Of a DNA stretch of 64,000 nucleotides, positions 26,684 to 39,843 are shown piece by piece. The position numbers and the translations under genes were made by a program. Numbering within the stretch: the stretch's first letter is position 1; every line of letters begins with the position of its first letter. Source of the DNA: the human T2T-CHM13v2.0 reference genome, Homo sapiens; assembly GCF_009914755.1 (NCBI RefSeq), contig NC_060930.1. One strand, given 5' to 3'. The notes below the pieces were generated by a model, which saw only the letters and a list, made by a program, of their open reading frames with translations, had not been told where the DNA came from and made no database searches.

Positions 26684-27400
26684 TAACTTAGCTTGAAGCA
26701 AAGTCTCCTCTCCATGTCATAGGGCAAAAACTCCAGCTGATGGAGCCTTCAGAAAGAAGAAATAAACTCTTCCTCCACAATGCCTCATCCATCCCTGGGT
26801 TATAGGCGTCGGCTGAATGATAAAGTCAACACTGAGAATATGATCATTTTAGATTACTGATTGTCATTTAATTTTAATTCCACCACACCTGAGAGAGTGG
26901 GATGGATTCTTTCTTTTATTATGATTTGAGCATCTGAGTCCCTTCCATCCTGAACATCTGACATGGGTGCTTCAAAAATGTAGGTCTTGAGACTTAAAGG
27001 GCACTTGGTCTCCTGAGCAGGCCCCCTGCATGCGCCACACCCACTAAGGCTCCATAACAGTGGGAAGAGCAGCCACAGTCAGAGCCCAGGTGGGTTCACA
27101 CTGAGGGACCATCCACATCCAGGGTACGCTGAGGAGGGGCTGAGGTGAGAATCCAGCCCCTGCCTAGGCTCTGGGTGAGAGGTGGGCAGGACAGTCAGCT
27201 ACTGAGTATTACTGGAGCTATTGCCTTTTTTCTCCTGAAGACCCCACCCCTGCACACACCAAAACTTTACATTCTTTGTGGAGCAATTTTCTTTTTAGAA
27301 ATGTAAACACCCCCTAATCTTAAAGCCACCCAATATCACTCATAGTGACACCGCAGTAGGATAAGCTCTTAACTCCCACCAAATTAGCCTCAGAGTTGTA

Positions 27401-27693
27401 GTTTTTGTTTGTTAGACATGGGGTCTTACTCTGTCATCCAGGCTAGAATGCAGTGGCATGATCACGGCTTACTGCAGCCTCGAACTCCTCGGCCCCAGAG
27501 ATCCTCCCACCTCAGACTCCTGAATAGCTGTCACTAGAGGTGAACGCCACAAGCCCCAGCTAATGTTTTGTGTTTTTTGTAGAGATGGGGTTGTGCCATG
27601 TTGCCCAGGCTGGTCTCTAAGGCCTGGGCTCAAGTGATCTGCTGCCCCGGCCTCCCAAAGTGCTAGGATTAGCATGAAGCCCCACACCAGGCC
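27401..27693 (-). mobile_element. AluJ
   Basis: Diverged antisense Alu (GATCACGGCTTACTGCAGCCTCGAACTCC). Confidence 0.85.
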
Positions 27694-28122
27694 TGCAGCT
27701 GAGTATTTGGAGCTAAGGCAGGAAGTTGCTGTGGAGTTTGTACCCAGCTAATTTGAAAGGTGGTCCTGAAAGGTAAAGTGCGATTAGGTGGACCTTGGTG
27801 GGGAAGCATAGATGTTTCTGGTGAGAAGAGAACAAGATAGATGGGAAGCTTCTAAAAGTGAACATCAGTGGGCCCTGTGCTCACACAGCACTGGGATTTG
27901 GAAGACCTTTTCCCACCCACTTTTGGCTTGTGAGCTTTTATTCCACCTTCTTGTCTCCTAGGTCATTGCAGGAAATCCCTTCATTTGGTAAACATTTATC
28001 AAACACCTACCATGTGCTAGGCATTGTGTTAAAGGAGCTGGGGCTGAGGTAAGAGGAACCAAACCCCCCTTGCCTTCAAGGTTAAGCCGTCTTGCTCAGG
28101 CAGAGATCAGTAAGGAAACTCT

Positions 28123-28123
<1 letters not shown>

Positions 28124-28153
<30 letters not shown>

Positions 28154-28190
28154 TTCATTTATTTTTTTAGACAGAGTCTCACTCTGTTGC
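28124..28190 (-). mobile_element. Extremely 5'-truncated Alu with (TAAA)n tail
   Basis: AGACAGAGTCTCACTCTGTTGC plus (TTTA)n, flanked by TSD CAGTAAGGAAA(C/T)TCTT at 28108-28123 and 28191-28206. Confidence 0.85.
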
Positions 28191-28529
28191 CAGTAAGGAA
28201 ATTCTTACACAAATGGTTGGCAGAATATGCAACTTGCTTTGCGGATGCACATGTAGACCATCTGCTCTGACCAAGGAGTCACAGAAGCTTCATAAGACAC
28301 AACATTTGAGCTGCGTTTTGAGGTATAAATAGGAGTCTGACAGGCATCCAGGACAGGAGAGCATTGCTCAGAACCCAGGACATGAATTTTTCTCTCCTAG
28401 GCCAGGCCAGGACTCAGACTAAGCTGACTGAGGAGCCAGGTGCTTCCTGGCAAGGAAGTGTGTCCCATATATGACTATCCAGAAGTCACAGCTGCTCAAT
28501 ATTGAGTCTTGAGACAGAGAGAGAGAGGC

Positions 28530-28687
28530 CTGATTTGAAATGCAGAATTCTGCTGGGGGCCCGTTAAAATGCAGTTTCTGATTCAGTAGGTCTGAGGCAG
28601 GGCCTGAAAATTGCATTTCTAACAAGTCCTCAGGTGATGCCAATGCTACTTGTCCCAGGAACACACTTTGAGAATCACCACCCTAAG
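28530..28687. mobile_element. MER5-type hAT DNA transposon
   Basis: TTCTGATTCAGTAGGTCTGAGGCAGGGCCTGAAAATTGCATTTCTAACAAGTCCTCAGGTGATGC...CACACTTTGAGAA. Confidence 0.8.
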
Positions 28688-30324
28688 GCAATCCATATTG
28701 ATTTCTAATATCAGAAGAGGGCTGACAGGCAAAGGTATAGGATAAACTAGACCATGCATGGGCCATCTTGGAGAGCACCCCACCCAAGTCTGCAGCATTT
28801 GATTTCCTTGGGATCCCGGGAATGGCAGACACCCAGGAAGGAATCAAATGTGGGGTTACAGGGCAATCCAGAGGCTGAGCTTCACACAGCATCTGGGGTT
28901 CCCACTACTTCACAAGTGGCCCCCACACCCCCAATCCTTCCCACCCCTTATGAAACTGACCTACGAGTCTTGCTCTGCTGTCCTGGGCTGTTTGGGCCTG
29001 GGATGTGAGCTCTGACTATACCTTCTGATCCAAATACAGGGTGACCTCATATGACACATACTTAGAATGGGCTCATAATGAGAACCTTCCAAATTCAGCA
29101 AATGGATTCAATCGTGTGTTTTCCAGGAGAATTACCAAGTGTTCTCTTTTCTAAATATCACATACTTGAGCTCACATGGACAGTAGAGGAAGTTCTGAGC
29201 CTGCTGAAGCCACAATTGGTACATTGGACCCCGTAGAATTCCTTGTAGATTGGGCTTCACCATTTACATCAGGATTTGGTCAAAATTTCCTTCACCAAAC
29301 CGGTTGCATTTGTTAAGTAACCATGCTCTCATTTTGACTTTTAATGAATGAAAGACAGACACACACATAAAGAAAGATAGTGCAATGAAAAAGAAAACAA
29401 CATACTGAATTAAAGTGACAGGAAACATCCTTGTTTGAGAAGTGATATAATTTTTAGACAGTTTTTTTTTTTAATTAAGGAAGGTAAGAGAATTAATTCT
29501 GTTAGGCTCTTTTTTTAAGTTTTTTATTTTGAAGGATTTGATTTTGTTTGTTTTGTCTGCCTTGGAATTATCTTTTATTTTATGTTTTGACTTGGCTCAA
29601 AACTCAAAAAGTTAAAAGTCTCTCTCTTATGCTACCCCATCTTGACAGGCAGCTATTTATATCAGTTTCTTGCTTATTCTTTCAAAGGCATTTTATGCAT
29701 ATGCAAGTCAATCTAAATGTATATGTATATAATCTTTCTCCCATTTCACACAAATTTTAGCAAACTACATATGCTTTCCTGCACCTTGCCTTTTCCCTTC
29801 ACATTGTATCACAAAGACCATCACATGAAGAAATACCAAGAGCTTAGCTACATCTTTGTTTGAAATTTTCATGATACACCATTGTATATATATGCAATAT
29901 TTTAAAAAAAAATAGAGATTGCTTCTTTTGAGTGCGGTGCTTTTTAATCAGCCCCCTCTTGATAGGCATTTGGATTATTTCTTTCAGAGAACAATTTTGC
30001 ATCATGTAACATCATATGGAAAAGCTGTAGTGACCCCACTCCTATATGCATATTCTAGGGAAACTCACATATCTCTGAGAGCAGGAGGCAATGTCCCAGG
30101 ATGTTCATTGCAGTGAGGTCTACAATAGAGAAAATCTAAAGGTCAATGAAGAGGGAAAGAGAAGAATTGTAGTATATTCCTCCCATGGAATACTATCCAC
30201 CAATGAAAGCAAATGAACTATTTGTATGAACATAGATTCATGTCATAGAACATGTTAACTGAAAAAGCAAGCAAATGAATGATAAAATTAGCCAGAAACA
30301 ATTTATAAGAAGTCTAAAAGCAAA

Positions 30325-30612
30325 GCCAGGCAAGGTGGTGTACACTTGTAATCCTAGCACTTTGGGAGGTCATGGTGGGTGGATCGCTTGAGTTCAGGAG
30401 TTCAAGACCAGCCTGGGAAACATGGCAAAAACCCTCTCTCCAAGAAATACAAAAATTAGCCCGGCATGGTGGAGCATAGCTATACCCCCAGCTACTTGGG
30501 TGGCTGAGGTAGGTGTATCACTTGAGCCTGGGAGGTTGAGGTACAGTGAGCTGTGTTTGTGCCACTGCACTCAAGCCTGGGTGACAGAGTGAGGAGACCT
30601 GTTCTAAAAAAA
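30325..30612 (+). mobile_element. AluJ
   Basis: Dimeric Alu; flanking repeat AAGTCTAAAAG at 30310-30320 and 30614-30624. Confidence 0.88.
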
Positions 30613-31269
30613 CAAGTCTAAAAGACTTCAAACAAAGAGATTTCCTAAAACTTAGTAAAAATATAAAGGCATACACTAAATTCAAGTCACACATCCTCTT
30701 GCAATTCTTGATTTGCTCAGTACAGTACTGACTGAAACATGTGCATATCAGAGCTGTGAAAAATCAAGGCTATCTACATATATTTCTATTATTTTTCTAT
30801 GTATACTACATATAGCCAATAATATTAAAATGTCGCCAATTGACAAACCTGGGTGGTGCCTTCACAAAGATTTTTTATAATTTTCTATTCTTTCTTCCAG
30901 CTGGAACTACTTTGAATTAATGTTTGTGAAGTGAATCCACAGGAACTGAGCAAAATAAGAAAAGAGTTATTGAGTGTGAGGAAAGCTGCACAGAGGTACA
31001 GACAGATGGAGAGATGACAATACTGAGCATGTCAGTGACCTTCACAGTAACAGACTTCCTGGAGGAGTGTGAGCTTGAGCCAGAATGAAGAGGATAAAAT
31101 ATAAAAGAGGGATGAAGGAGTGGGGACTTTAGGGGGCAAATATGGGATTGAGTAGGCCAGACTGGGAAGCGTGGATGGATTCTAAACATTCCGCTTTAGG
31201 TCTAGCACTTAGAGAAAGAGAAATCATGTTTATTTAGCTCCTTCCACAATCTTTAGAGAAATCTTCTGA

Positions 31270-33730
31270 AACATTACAAAAAAGACACATGAATGGCCAA
31301 TAGTCATCAGGGAAAAATGCAAAGTAAAACCACAGCGAGAAACCACTAAGCACTTATTAGAATGGCTGAAATTTAAGTGATTAATAAATATAAATGTTGT
31401 CAAGGATGTGAAACAGTCTCATCCACTGCCTATAAGAATATAAAACAGCCACTCTGAAAATCACTTTTATATCATCTAATAAAGTTAAACAAGCTAGTAC
31501 TCTATGGCTAGCATTTCCACTCCTAGGTATTTACTCAAGTGAAATAAAGATTATGTCCAAGAATCCCTGTACAATAATGTCCATAGTTCATTTGTAACAA
31601 TAAAAAACCGTGAATACCCCCAAAATGTACAAAAAAATTGTGACTCAGTGATACAATGCAATACTACCAGCATTAAAAATGAATGAATTACTGATACATG
31701 CAACAAGCTGGGCAGACCACATAGATATTACACCAAGTGCAAAAAGCTAGGCACAAGGGAGGCCATATGGGATGAATGGATACGTATGAAGTTTTGAAAC
31801 AGGAAGAGCTACTCTATCATGATAGTCATCAGATCAATGGCTGCTGGGGAAAGGGGGCTAATTTGAAGGCAGAAAAATAGAGAACTTCGTGTATCTTCAT
31901 AGTGGCATGGGTGCTATGGCTGTATTTGTCAAAATTCATTGATGAATTTGATACAGATCTGATCATTTCAGTATATGTAAATTTTACAAGTTTAAAATGC
32001 TTACAATAAAAATTTAAACGTTAGTAATAAAAAATAGTAATTGAAAATATTAGCAACAAAATCCAACAACAGATCAAAACAATACACCATAATCACGTGA
32101 GTTTTATACCCAGGATGCAAGGATTGTTTGACATATGTGAATCAAAATATGTCATATACCGCATCAACAGAATGAAGGACATAAACCATATTATCATCTC
32201 AATAGATGCAGAAAAAGCATTTGGTGAAACTAAACATTGCTTCTTAATGAGAACTCTCAAAGGAGTTCCTCTGACAAAGGAACCAAGAATATACACTGGG
32301 GAAAGAACAGTCTCTTAAATAAATGGTGCTGGGAAAATGCTACCAGATGCAGAAGAATGTAACTAGACCCCTGTCTCTCACCATATACAAAAAATCAACT
32401 CAAAAGGGATTGTAGACTTAAACGTAAGACCCAATACTGTAAAACTACTAGAAGAAAACTTATGGGAAACATTAGTCTAGGCAAAGATTTTATGGCTAAG
32501 ACCTCTAAAGCACAGGCAAAAAAAGTAAAAATAGACAAATGAGACTATATTAAGCTAAAAAGCTTCTGCACAGCAAAGGAAACATCCAACAGAATGAAGC
32601 AATAACCTGTTGAATCGTGAAAATATTTACTAAGTATTCAACCAACCAGTATATTCATCCAATTAGTATATTCTAGACTAATATCTAGAATATACAAGGA
32701 ACTCAAAAACTTGGCAGTAAAAAATACAAATAATCCAATTAAAAAGTGGACAAAGGATCTGAATAGACATTCCCCAAGAGGAGGCATACAAGTGGCCAGC
32801 AGGTGTGTGAAAAACACCCAACATCACTAAATACCAGGAAAATGAAAATCAAACTACAATGAGATATATCTTACCCTAACCCTAGTTAAGATGGCTATTA
32901 TTAAAAAATAAAAAATAATAGCTGTTGGTGAGCATGTGGAGAAAGGGGAATGTTATACACTGTTGGTGGTCATGTAAATTAGTGCAGCCATTATGGGAAA
33001 CAGTAGAGTGATCTCTCAAAAAAACTGAAACTATTAATAGAACTACTATCTGATGCAACAATTCTACTTCTGAGTATTTATCCAAAGGAAATGAAGTCAA
33101 TATATCAAAAGAGTACCTGCACACCCATGTTTATTGAAGCACTATTCACAATAGCAAAGATGTGAAATCAATGGTGAATTTATCAATGGGTGAATGAATA
33201 AAGTAACTGTAGTATATACACAATGGAATGCAATTCAGCCATAAAAAAAGAGTGAAATCCTGTCAGTTGCAGCAACATGGATGGAACCAGAGGTCATGTT
33301 AGGTGAAATGAGCCAGGCAAGGAAACACAAATATCACATGTTGTCACTCACATGTGTGAGCTAAAGACGTTAATCTCATGGAGGTTGAGAGTAGAATGAA
33401 AATTACCAGAGGTTGGGAAGAATGTAGGGGTGGGAAGATGTAGAGAGGTAGATTAATGGGTACAAATGTACAGTTATATAAAAAAAAAAAGTTCTAATGT
33501 TCTATAGCACAGCAGGCCAACTAAAGCTAACAATTATGTATATTTAAAACAGCTAGAAGAGTGGATTTTAAATGTTCCCAACACAAGGAAATGATACATG
33601 CTTGAGGTGATGGATTCCCTAAACACCCTGACTTGATTATTCCACATTCTGTGTATGTATCAAATGATCACATGTGCCCCATAAACATATAAAATGTTAT
33701 GTATTACCTTTAAAAAATATTTTTAAAATA
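31270..33730 (+). mobile_element. Two adjacent old L1 pieces: L1ME/MC-like (~31270-32040) and internally deleted L1MA-like (~32040-33730)
   Basis: RT remnant FIPRMQG...IIISIDAEKAF (32097-32225), ORF2 C-terminal remnants, and L1MA 3' end CTTGAGGTGATGGATTCCCTAAACACCCTGACTTGATT. Confidence 0.75.
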
Positions 33731-34142
33731 AACTCAACACAATATGGGACATTTTAAAAAGTACAAAAATATGACCATGATAAAAATTGGCAAATATTTC
33801 CTTTTTATTAAGATCCACTTTGTAAGTTCAAGCAGAATGAAGCCCATACAGCATCAGAAGAAGTGGCTCTCCTGAGAGAATCTTCTCCCCAGTTAGAAAG
33901 GCAGAAACAGAATTCCTGGAGAAAGTAAGACTCTGGAGAACTGCATAGCACCTCTTCTTGGGGTCTGGGGTTACCCAGATGTAGGGAGGGTTCACCTTCT
34001 GGGAAAAACTAAACGTTGGTTCTTGTTCTTTTTTGTTCTTATTGCAAGACCAAAAATTGAGAAAACCAAGAGAAAGCACCAAGCCAAAGGGATATACTCT
34101 CTTTTATTTTTTAGAATATCCACTACCAAGGATGATCCACGC

Positions 34143-34373
34143 TGTTATGAGACGAATTGTGTCCCTCCCCAACCGAAATTCATATGTTGGAGTCCTATGT
34201 TGAGAAGACAGAAGTGGCCATCTACAAGCCAAGGAGAGAGGCCTCAGGAAAAAGCAACCCTGCAGCACCTTGACCTGCACCTGTAGCCTCCAGAACTGTG
34301 AGACAATACATATTTATTATTTTACTCACCCAGCATGTGGTACTTTGTTATGGTAGCCCTAGCAAATTAAAAC
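34143..34373 (+). mobile_element. MaLR (MLT1A/MST-like) LTR fragment
   Basis: TGTTATGAGACGAATTGTGTCCCTCCC...GCCTCCAGAACTGTGAGACAATA...TTTGTTATGGTAGCCCTAGCAAA. Confidence 0.7.
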
Positions 34374-35100
34374 AGAAATATTACCTTTTCTACTCTGTCC
34401 TATGTATGAACATGAGACTTTTTAAGAATATGAATTACCTGGGATTCCAAAACATAGAGTGAGTCAATGGAAAATAGATGATACAGGGTCATTTCCAAGC
34501 CTTTGTGGGTCTCCTGGCCACCACACAAACATGGATGTGTTCCCATTTCTTTTCAGTTTCACACAGTGCAAAAGTTGTGGACATAGAATCACAAACTGTG
34601 TTTAATTTATTTGAGACATTGAGTGAGCTAGTTTTGCCCTAATTTTATAGAAAGATGATGAACAATCATAATTACTAAACCAAAGAGGCTTTTTGGCAGG
34701 GGATGGCAGGTACTATGTTTTCTCCTCCTTTTAAAGTGCATTTTCCTAAAGAGTCTTGTCTAGGAGTAAATGTCATCACTTTGCTTTTTTCCTCCGCATT
34801 GATCACTTGGTCCTCCCTGCATTTCAGTAAGGTTGCTAGAATGGAGGCATTTGTCCATGATTCACAGATGAATCAGAGGCCCTATGAGTAGAGAGCTTCT
34901 CCTGAAGTCACACAGCTCGTGAGTGGTGGAGCAATGACAGGCACATGACTCTCCAGGTCCCTAGTCCAGTTTTCTGGGTGCCATGAGAATTACAGCCTTT
35001 GGTTCCTTTTACATGTAGTTCATTTCTGAACCTGAGAAGGAGAATGCACCTCAGGTGACTAACAGTTTTTGCTCTTCTGTACTTGTCTGAGAATGACCCC

Positions 35101-36030
35101 AAAAGATTTTTAAAGGCCAATTCTTTGGCTACCAACCCTATTTTGCCCAGGCATGGACATGGAGCAGGTGAACACTGCCTTTACCTGTGACATGCCTGAA
35201 GATTCTGAGACCTACGTGAATCAGGTAAGCTCCATACACAGAGGGACACCCACTCTCCCACCCACTTATTTTCTGTATCTTTTCACACTTCACTTCTTCA
35301 TTCCTCCCTCTGGCTGTCTTCCCTCTTTGGGGTCTTCTAGTCCTAACCTCTGTCTCCTTCCAGGTGACTAGAGCAGGCTGGTTTGGAACGGGGCTTGTGT
35401 CGGATGAGAATTGTGCCAGGATCCTCAGTGATGGGCAGCATCACTTTAAGTTCAGTGTTAGGAGCTACCTGCTGAGACAGACGTCTCCTCCACAGTGAGT
35501 GCTGATTTCATGAAACCCTTAGTTCCTCCCTATTCCTTACTGTGTCTTCAATCCCATCATGTAGGTCATGGGCACTTAACGCATAATGAACAATTGACTG
35601 CTTCATGCCCCCTGGCCGTTGATGCTGTGTTGGGACGTTTTGCTGCCCTCTATGTGGGGTCTGTGCCTTTTCTCATATTACATCTCTTCCACCACGCCCA
35701 AGTCCATCCTCTGAACCCAGGCAGTACACCAGCATCTGCATGTGTGCTGTGTGTTCCTGCCTTGCTTTGTCCTTTCATGCCTTATTCTCACTGTGCCATG
35801 TCTCCTTCTCAGTTGAACAGATGCAGTAGGAGACTCGCTCATTCTGGAATGTGACCATCTGCCCTTCAGGAGAGGACAGCAGGGTGTGGGTGAAGGAGAC
35901 CCTGCTGCCCCCACACCTGACAGCCTCCACCACCCCCTGGCTTTCCTCTTCTGCATCAGCACCACTCCCGAACCATCATTCCTGATCGTCAGAATTTTTA
36001 ATGTAACTAAACATGAAACACAAGTGCATC
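35101..36030 (+). pseudogene. DDX39BP2: Unprocessed partial duplicate of DDX39B (BAT1/UAP56): last three exons 35101-35224, 35364-35494, 35813-~36030
   Basis: GMDMEQVNTAFTCDMPEDSETYVNQ vs DDX39B [25 protein letters not shown]; next exon VTRAGWFG...SDENCARIL; last exon EQMQ* (TAG 35827-35829) followed by a DDX39B-like 3'UTR; GT-AG introns retained. Confidence 0.88.
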
Positions 36031-36039
36031 TGCATTATG

Positions 36040-37207
36040 TGTGGGTGCTCTCTCCCTTTATTGTATTTGGGGTAAGATTATTTTAGGGCATGGTCCAGGG
36101 TAAATTCCTGTAAGGCCTGGATGCCCTGCTGTGAGGTCAAAGGGGGACGGACTGCAGAGCCCTGGCTCCCCAACTACCTGCCTATTTCCGGCCCTTTGTT
36201 GGGGTCTCTTCTGCTTTATCTGGCCTGAGAGAGGCTGGGATGTTTCTGATCCTGGGGCTCCTGGTGGATGGTGCGCAGTATTTCCAGGGATGGAGGGTGC
36301 TGTGGGCACTGGTGGGAAGCTTGAGTGTCTCCACCCAGGCTTTCTTGGTGCCTCCTCATCTATTCCTTCAAATTCTAGACCTTGAGCACCAGGGCCTGGG
36401 CCCCTGACCCCCTCCTGCCCTTCCAGCAGGGCCTGGTCCAGCTCCAGCAACTCCTCAGCTTGGGCCAGCTCAGCTGTGTTGGGGGCTCATGGCCCTGGTG
36501 AGGGGGAGTGGTGGAGGGAGCATCAGCCAGGGCAGGGGGCTGAGGCCCTTGGAACCTGTATTGCAGGGTCTGGCTGTAAATGAGGAATTCTACCTCCCTT
36601 TCCCTTTTTCTAGCCCATTAGCTTAAGGCCTCCTGTACTGAGAAGCCCAGGGAGCCCCTTGTCTTGGGCATAGGCCTCTGGGGGGCAAATAGAGATCCCT
36701 GGCTCAGGGAGTATAACTGGATACCTTGAACAAGGATATGGGGTCACTGGAAAGAGAGGACCGGCTGTCCCTCTCCGCTAAGAAATAATTAACTGTTAGA
36801 TGAGGGGGAATTTCTGTTCAAGGGCTCTGTGGACTGTGCTGCTCTGGAGGGGGTGGGGAGAGAGAGCCCTGAGGTCTGAGCTGGGGTGTGGTTGGGAAGG
36901 AGCTGAGAGCTCAGAGCTGGAACTAGGCAAGGAGCTGCAGGGGTGAGGGTGGTGCAGGGTGGGATTTAGAGGATTTCCCCTGACTCCTGTGCTGATCCCC
37001 TTCACGTCCTCCACCCCCACCCTTGGTGTCCGTCAACATGCTGGGGTGACCTCATCTTCCCACTGTCCCTGGAGCTGTTCTACTCTTCCACGCTTGCCTT
37101 GGGGTTTTCAGAGCAGCATCTTTGTGAGTCCTGGAGAGCTAGGGACCAGGAGGGCAGGAGGAGGTGAAGACAACAGCACCGAGAGATCCTGGAAGAGAAA
37201 GGACCAT
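36040..37207 (-). pseudogene. MCCD1P2: Unprocessed MCCD1 pseudogene: exon 1 37021-37207, exon 2 ~36040-36494
   Basis: ATG at 37207 (MVLSLP...); exon 2 peptides ELDQALLEGQEG and MRRHQESLGG match MCCD1; frameshifts and a stop present; minus-strand AATAAA at 36057-36062; tail-to-tail with the DDX39B copy as at the parent locus. Confidence 0.85.
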
Positions 37208-38222
37208 GGTAGCTGAGGCAGGGAGCAGTCTGAGTTGCCTAGAAGACACCAAGAGTTCGCTCCCTCCAGGCCTTGGCTTTGCTTCAGCACCTGGTGCTGC
37301 ATAGGCCCCACCCCTGCCCTGCTCTGCTGCCTCCACCTCCCTCTCAGCCTGGTCCCAGACAGAATCCAGACCAATTCCTGTTTCTGATGTGAAAAATGAT
37401 CCTGCCAGTTTAGGCAGAGCTTGCTTTAGAGCACTGGTGCCCAGCCTTCCACAGGTCTTGTGTCTGTTTTTCTTGGCACTGGGTTTCTTCTCACTTATTC
37501 TTCTGAATTGGCAAGGCAGGAATTACATCACTAGTTTGCAGATGAGGAAACTGACTCGTATGGGCTCATTCAGCACTCACTCACTGGGCAAGTGTCTGTC
37601 AGGGCCAACTGTGGGCCAGATGTGCCCAGGGCTCTATAGCTAGCTGGTGGAAGGGCCTGGAGGGTTCATATTCAGGTCCACCTGACTTGAAAACTCATAT
37701 TGACCTTACTTAAGTACTGATTCCCGATTTACAATCCATGCCACAAACTTTATTGTCATATCTAAAGAAGTTGCCACAGCAGCCTTTAGCAACCACCCTC
37801 CTGATCAGCCAATAGTCAACACTGAGGCAAGACCCTCCCCCAGCAAAAAGATTAGCAAAACCTCCACACCCTCTCTCAGGATGTTCCTGCACCTCACAGC
37901 TACAGCAGCAACCTGGTCTCCCTGAGGACACGACCCCCTCCAAAGTCCTCCCACATGGGGGAGTTTTCCCAGGGACTTGTACCCCTGGGTTCAGAGGTGA
38001 GGTGGGGTCCTTGCTCCTCACTGTGGTTCTCACACCTTTCTCCCTCCCTCCTCCCTAAACCCCTAAGCTGTCAGCAGATTAGGGCCCCATTCCCCATGTT
38101 GTAGCCATTCCCTTTGTGCCCCAAGCCATTCCTCTTAATCCTGACCCTTGTAGCTCCTGGTTCACTGTCACCCTCTCCAGCAGTGCGTCTCCTTGACTCT
38201 TGGTGACTTCAACATACGCAGA

Positions 38223-38805
38223 TGTGGTGGGCTGAGTAATGGTCCCCAAAGATGTCCAGGCTTAATCGTTGGAACATGTGAATAGGTTGCATTGCATGGC
38301 AAAAGGGACATTAATCATGTAATGAAGATTAAGGACCTTAAAATAGGGAGAGTATCCTGGACTATCTGCGTGGGCCCAATCAAATCACATGAGCCATTAA
38401 AAGCAGAGAAACTGCCCTGGCTGGAGTCAGATTCTGCAGAAGAGGAAACAGAGGAGAAGCTGGAGAGAGGAGGTCAGACGTTCCAAGCAGGAGGACTGGA
38501 TGTGCCTTAGGCGCCATGTGTGAGTACCTGAGAGAAAACTCTAGGAGCTAAGGGTGGCTCTTAACAAGGAAGTGGAAATCTCTGTTCTATCTGCAAGGAA
38601 GTGAATTCAGACAAGAACTTGAATGAGCTTGGAAGTGGATTCTTCCCCAGTCTCCAGGAAGGAATGCAGGCCTTCCCGTACATTGATCTTAGCCCCATGA
38701 GACTGTGTGGACTTGCAACCCACATGACTGTGACATGATAATTAGGTGCTGTTTAAAGCCACTTGGTTTGTGGTAATTTTTATGGCAGCAACAGACACCT
38801 ATACA
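38223..38805 (+). mobile_element. MLT1E-like solo LTR inserted in an L2
   Basis: TGTGGTGGGCTGAGTAATGGTCCCCAAAGATGTCC...TATGGCAGCAACAGACACCTATACA; 5-bp TSD GCAGA at 38218-38222 and 38806-38810. Confidence 0.85.
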
Positions 38806-39843
38806 GCAGAGAAGATGCCCTTGCTCCCTGGACTCTCAGATCCTGTAACTCCTCTCCTCCATGACCTTCTCCTCTCTCTGCCTGAATCTCATGCCCTTGT
38901 CATCCCCTAGGCCTCATCACGGCCAAGAACCCCAGCCCTTCCATACTCTCAATCTCACACTTCCCACTCTCTGGCCATCTTTCCACTCATCCCCTTGCAA
39001 GGTGGCCACAGGCTCTGATGACACAGACACTATCATTTTATCATATGCTGTGATGTAATATCAATGAACCACTCATTTCCTATGTGCCTGCATTCCAGGC
39101 TTGGAGTCCACCCTGTGGTACATCAATTCCAACAATCCTTCCAGCCCACTGGGATTCCCAATTGAGTGATCCTGCCATCTACTCCCTGTCACTCACCCTT
39201 GGTGTCCTCTCCTCCCTCTTCTCCCATTTTGAATTCTACAGTAAATAATTTCAATCCCTCCCTTGCCTCTCCCTTGCATTGTCATACTCACCTGGCAAAA
39301 CTACACAGCTGGTGGGTTCCACCTCTGTCTATGCTGCACCTGCCCCATGAGCTGCAGGAGGCTGGACAGCAGCACACAACATGCTGACTGGTCTCTTTAA
39401 GATTCCAAACCTCATGGGGAGCCCCTACCATTGACGTGGCCAGCAATCACCCTCTCCCTACGTGGTTCACCCTCAGCCTCCTCTTGGCCTGGGTGACTCC
39501 TAGACACCTTCTCTCTGTGCTCACACATCCAACCCTTCTTCCCCATTCTTACCTCAGCTGACAACCTTGCCTCCTACCTCACTGAGAAAACTGAACACAT
39601 TAGAAGACAACTTCCCCGATTCCACCACTGTCTGCTCATGCATTTGCAGCTGCACCACATGTCAGGCATTTTACCACGGGAGGGATTGCTGGGGGTTAAC
39701 AATTCTGCTCCCAGTCAGAGCCAGTCCCTCTTCTGGTGCCCCAAACATCATCCCTTCTCATCTACTTAAAGTTGTCAGTTCATCAACTAGTATCTTTTTT
39801 TATCTTTATCATCAACTTTTTCCCTCTCTCCCCACTGGATCAT

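Noticed and set aside
35225-35812. Intronic snoRNA carried over from DDX39B
   Set aside because: No convincing C/D box pair with a terminal stem was seen; as I recall, the DDX39B snoRNAs lie in more 5' introns not included in this copy.
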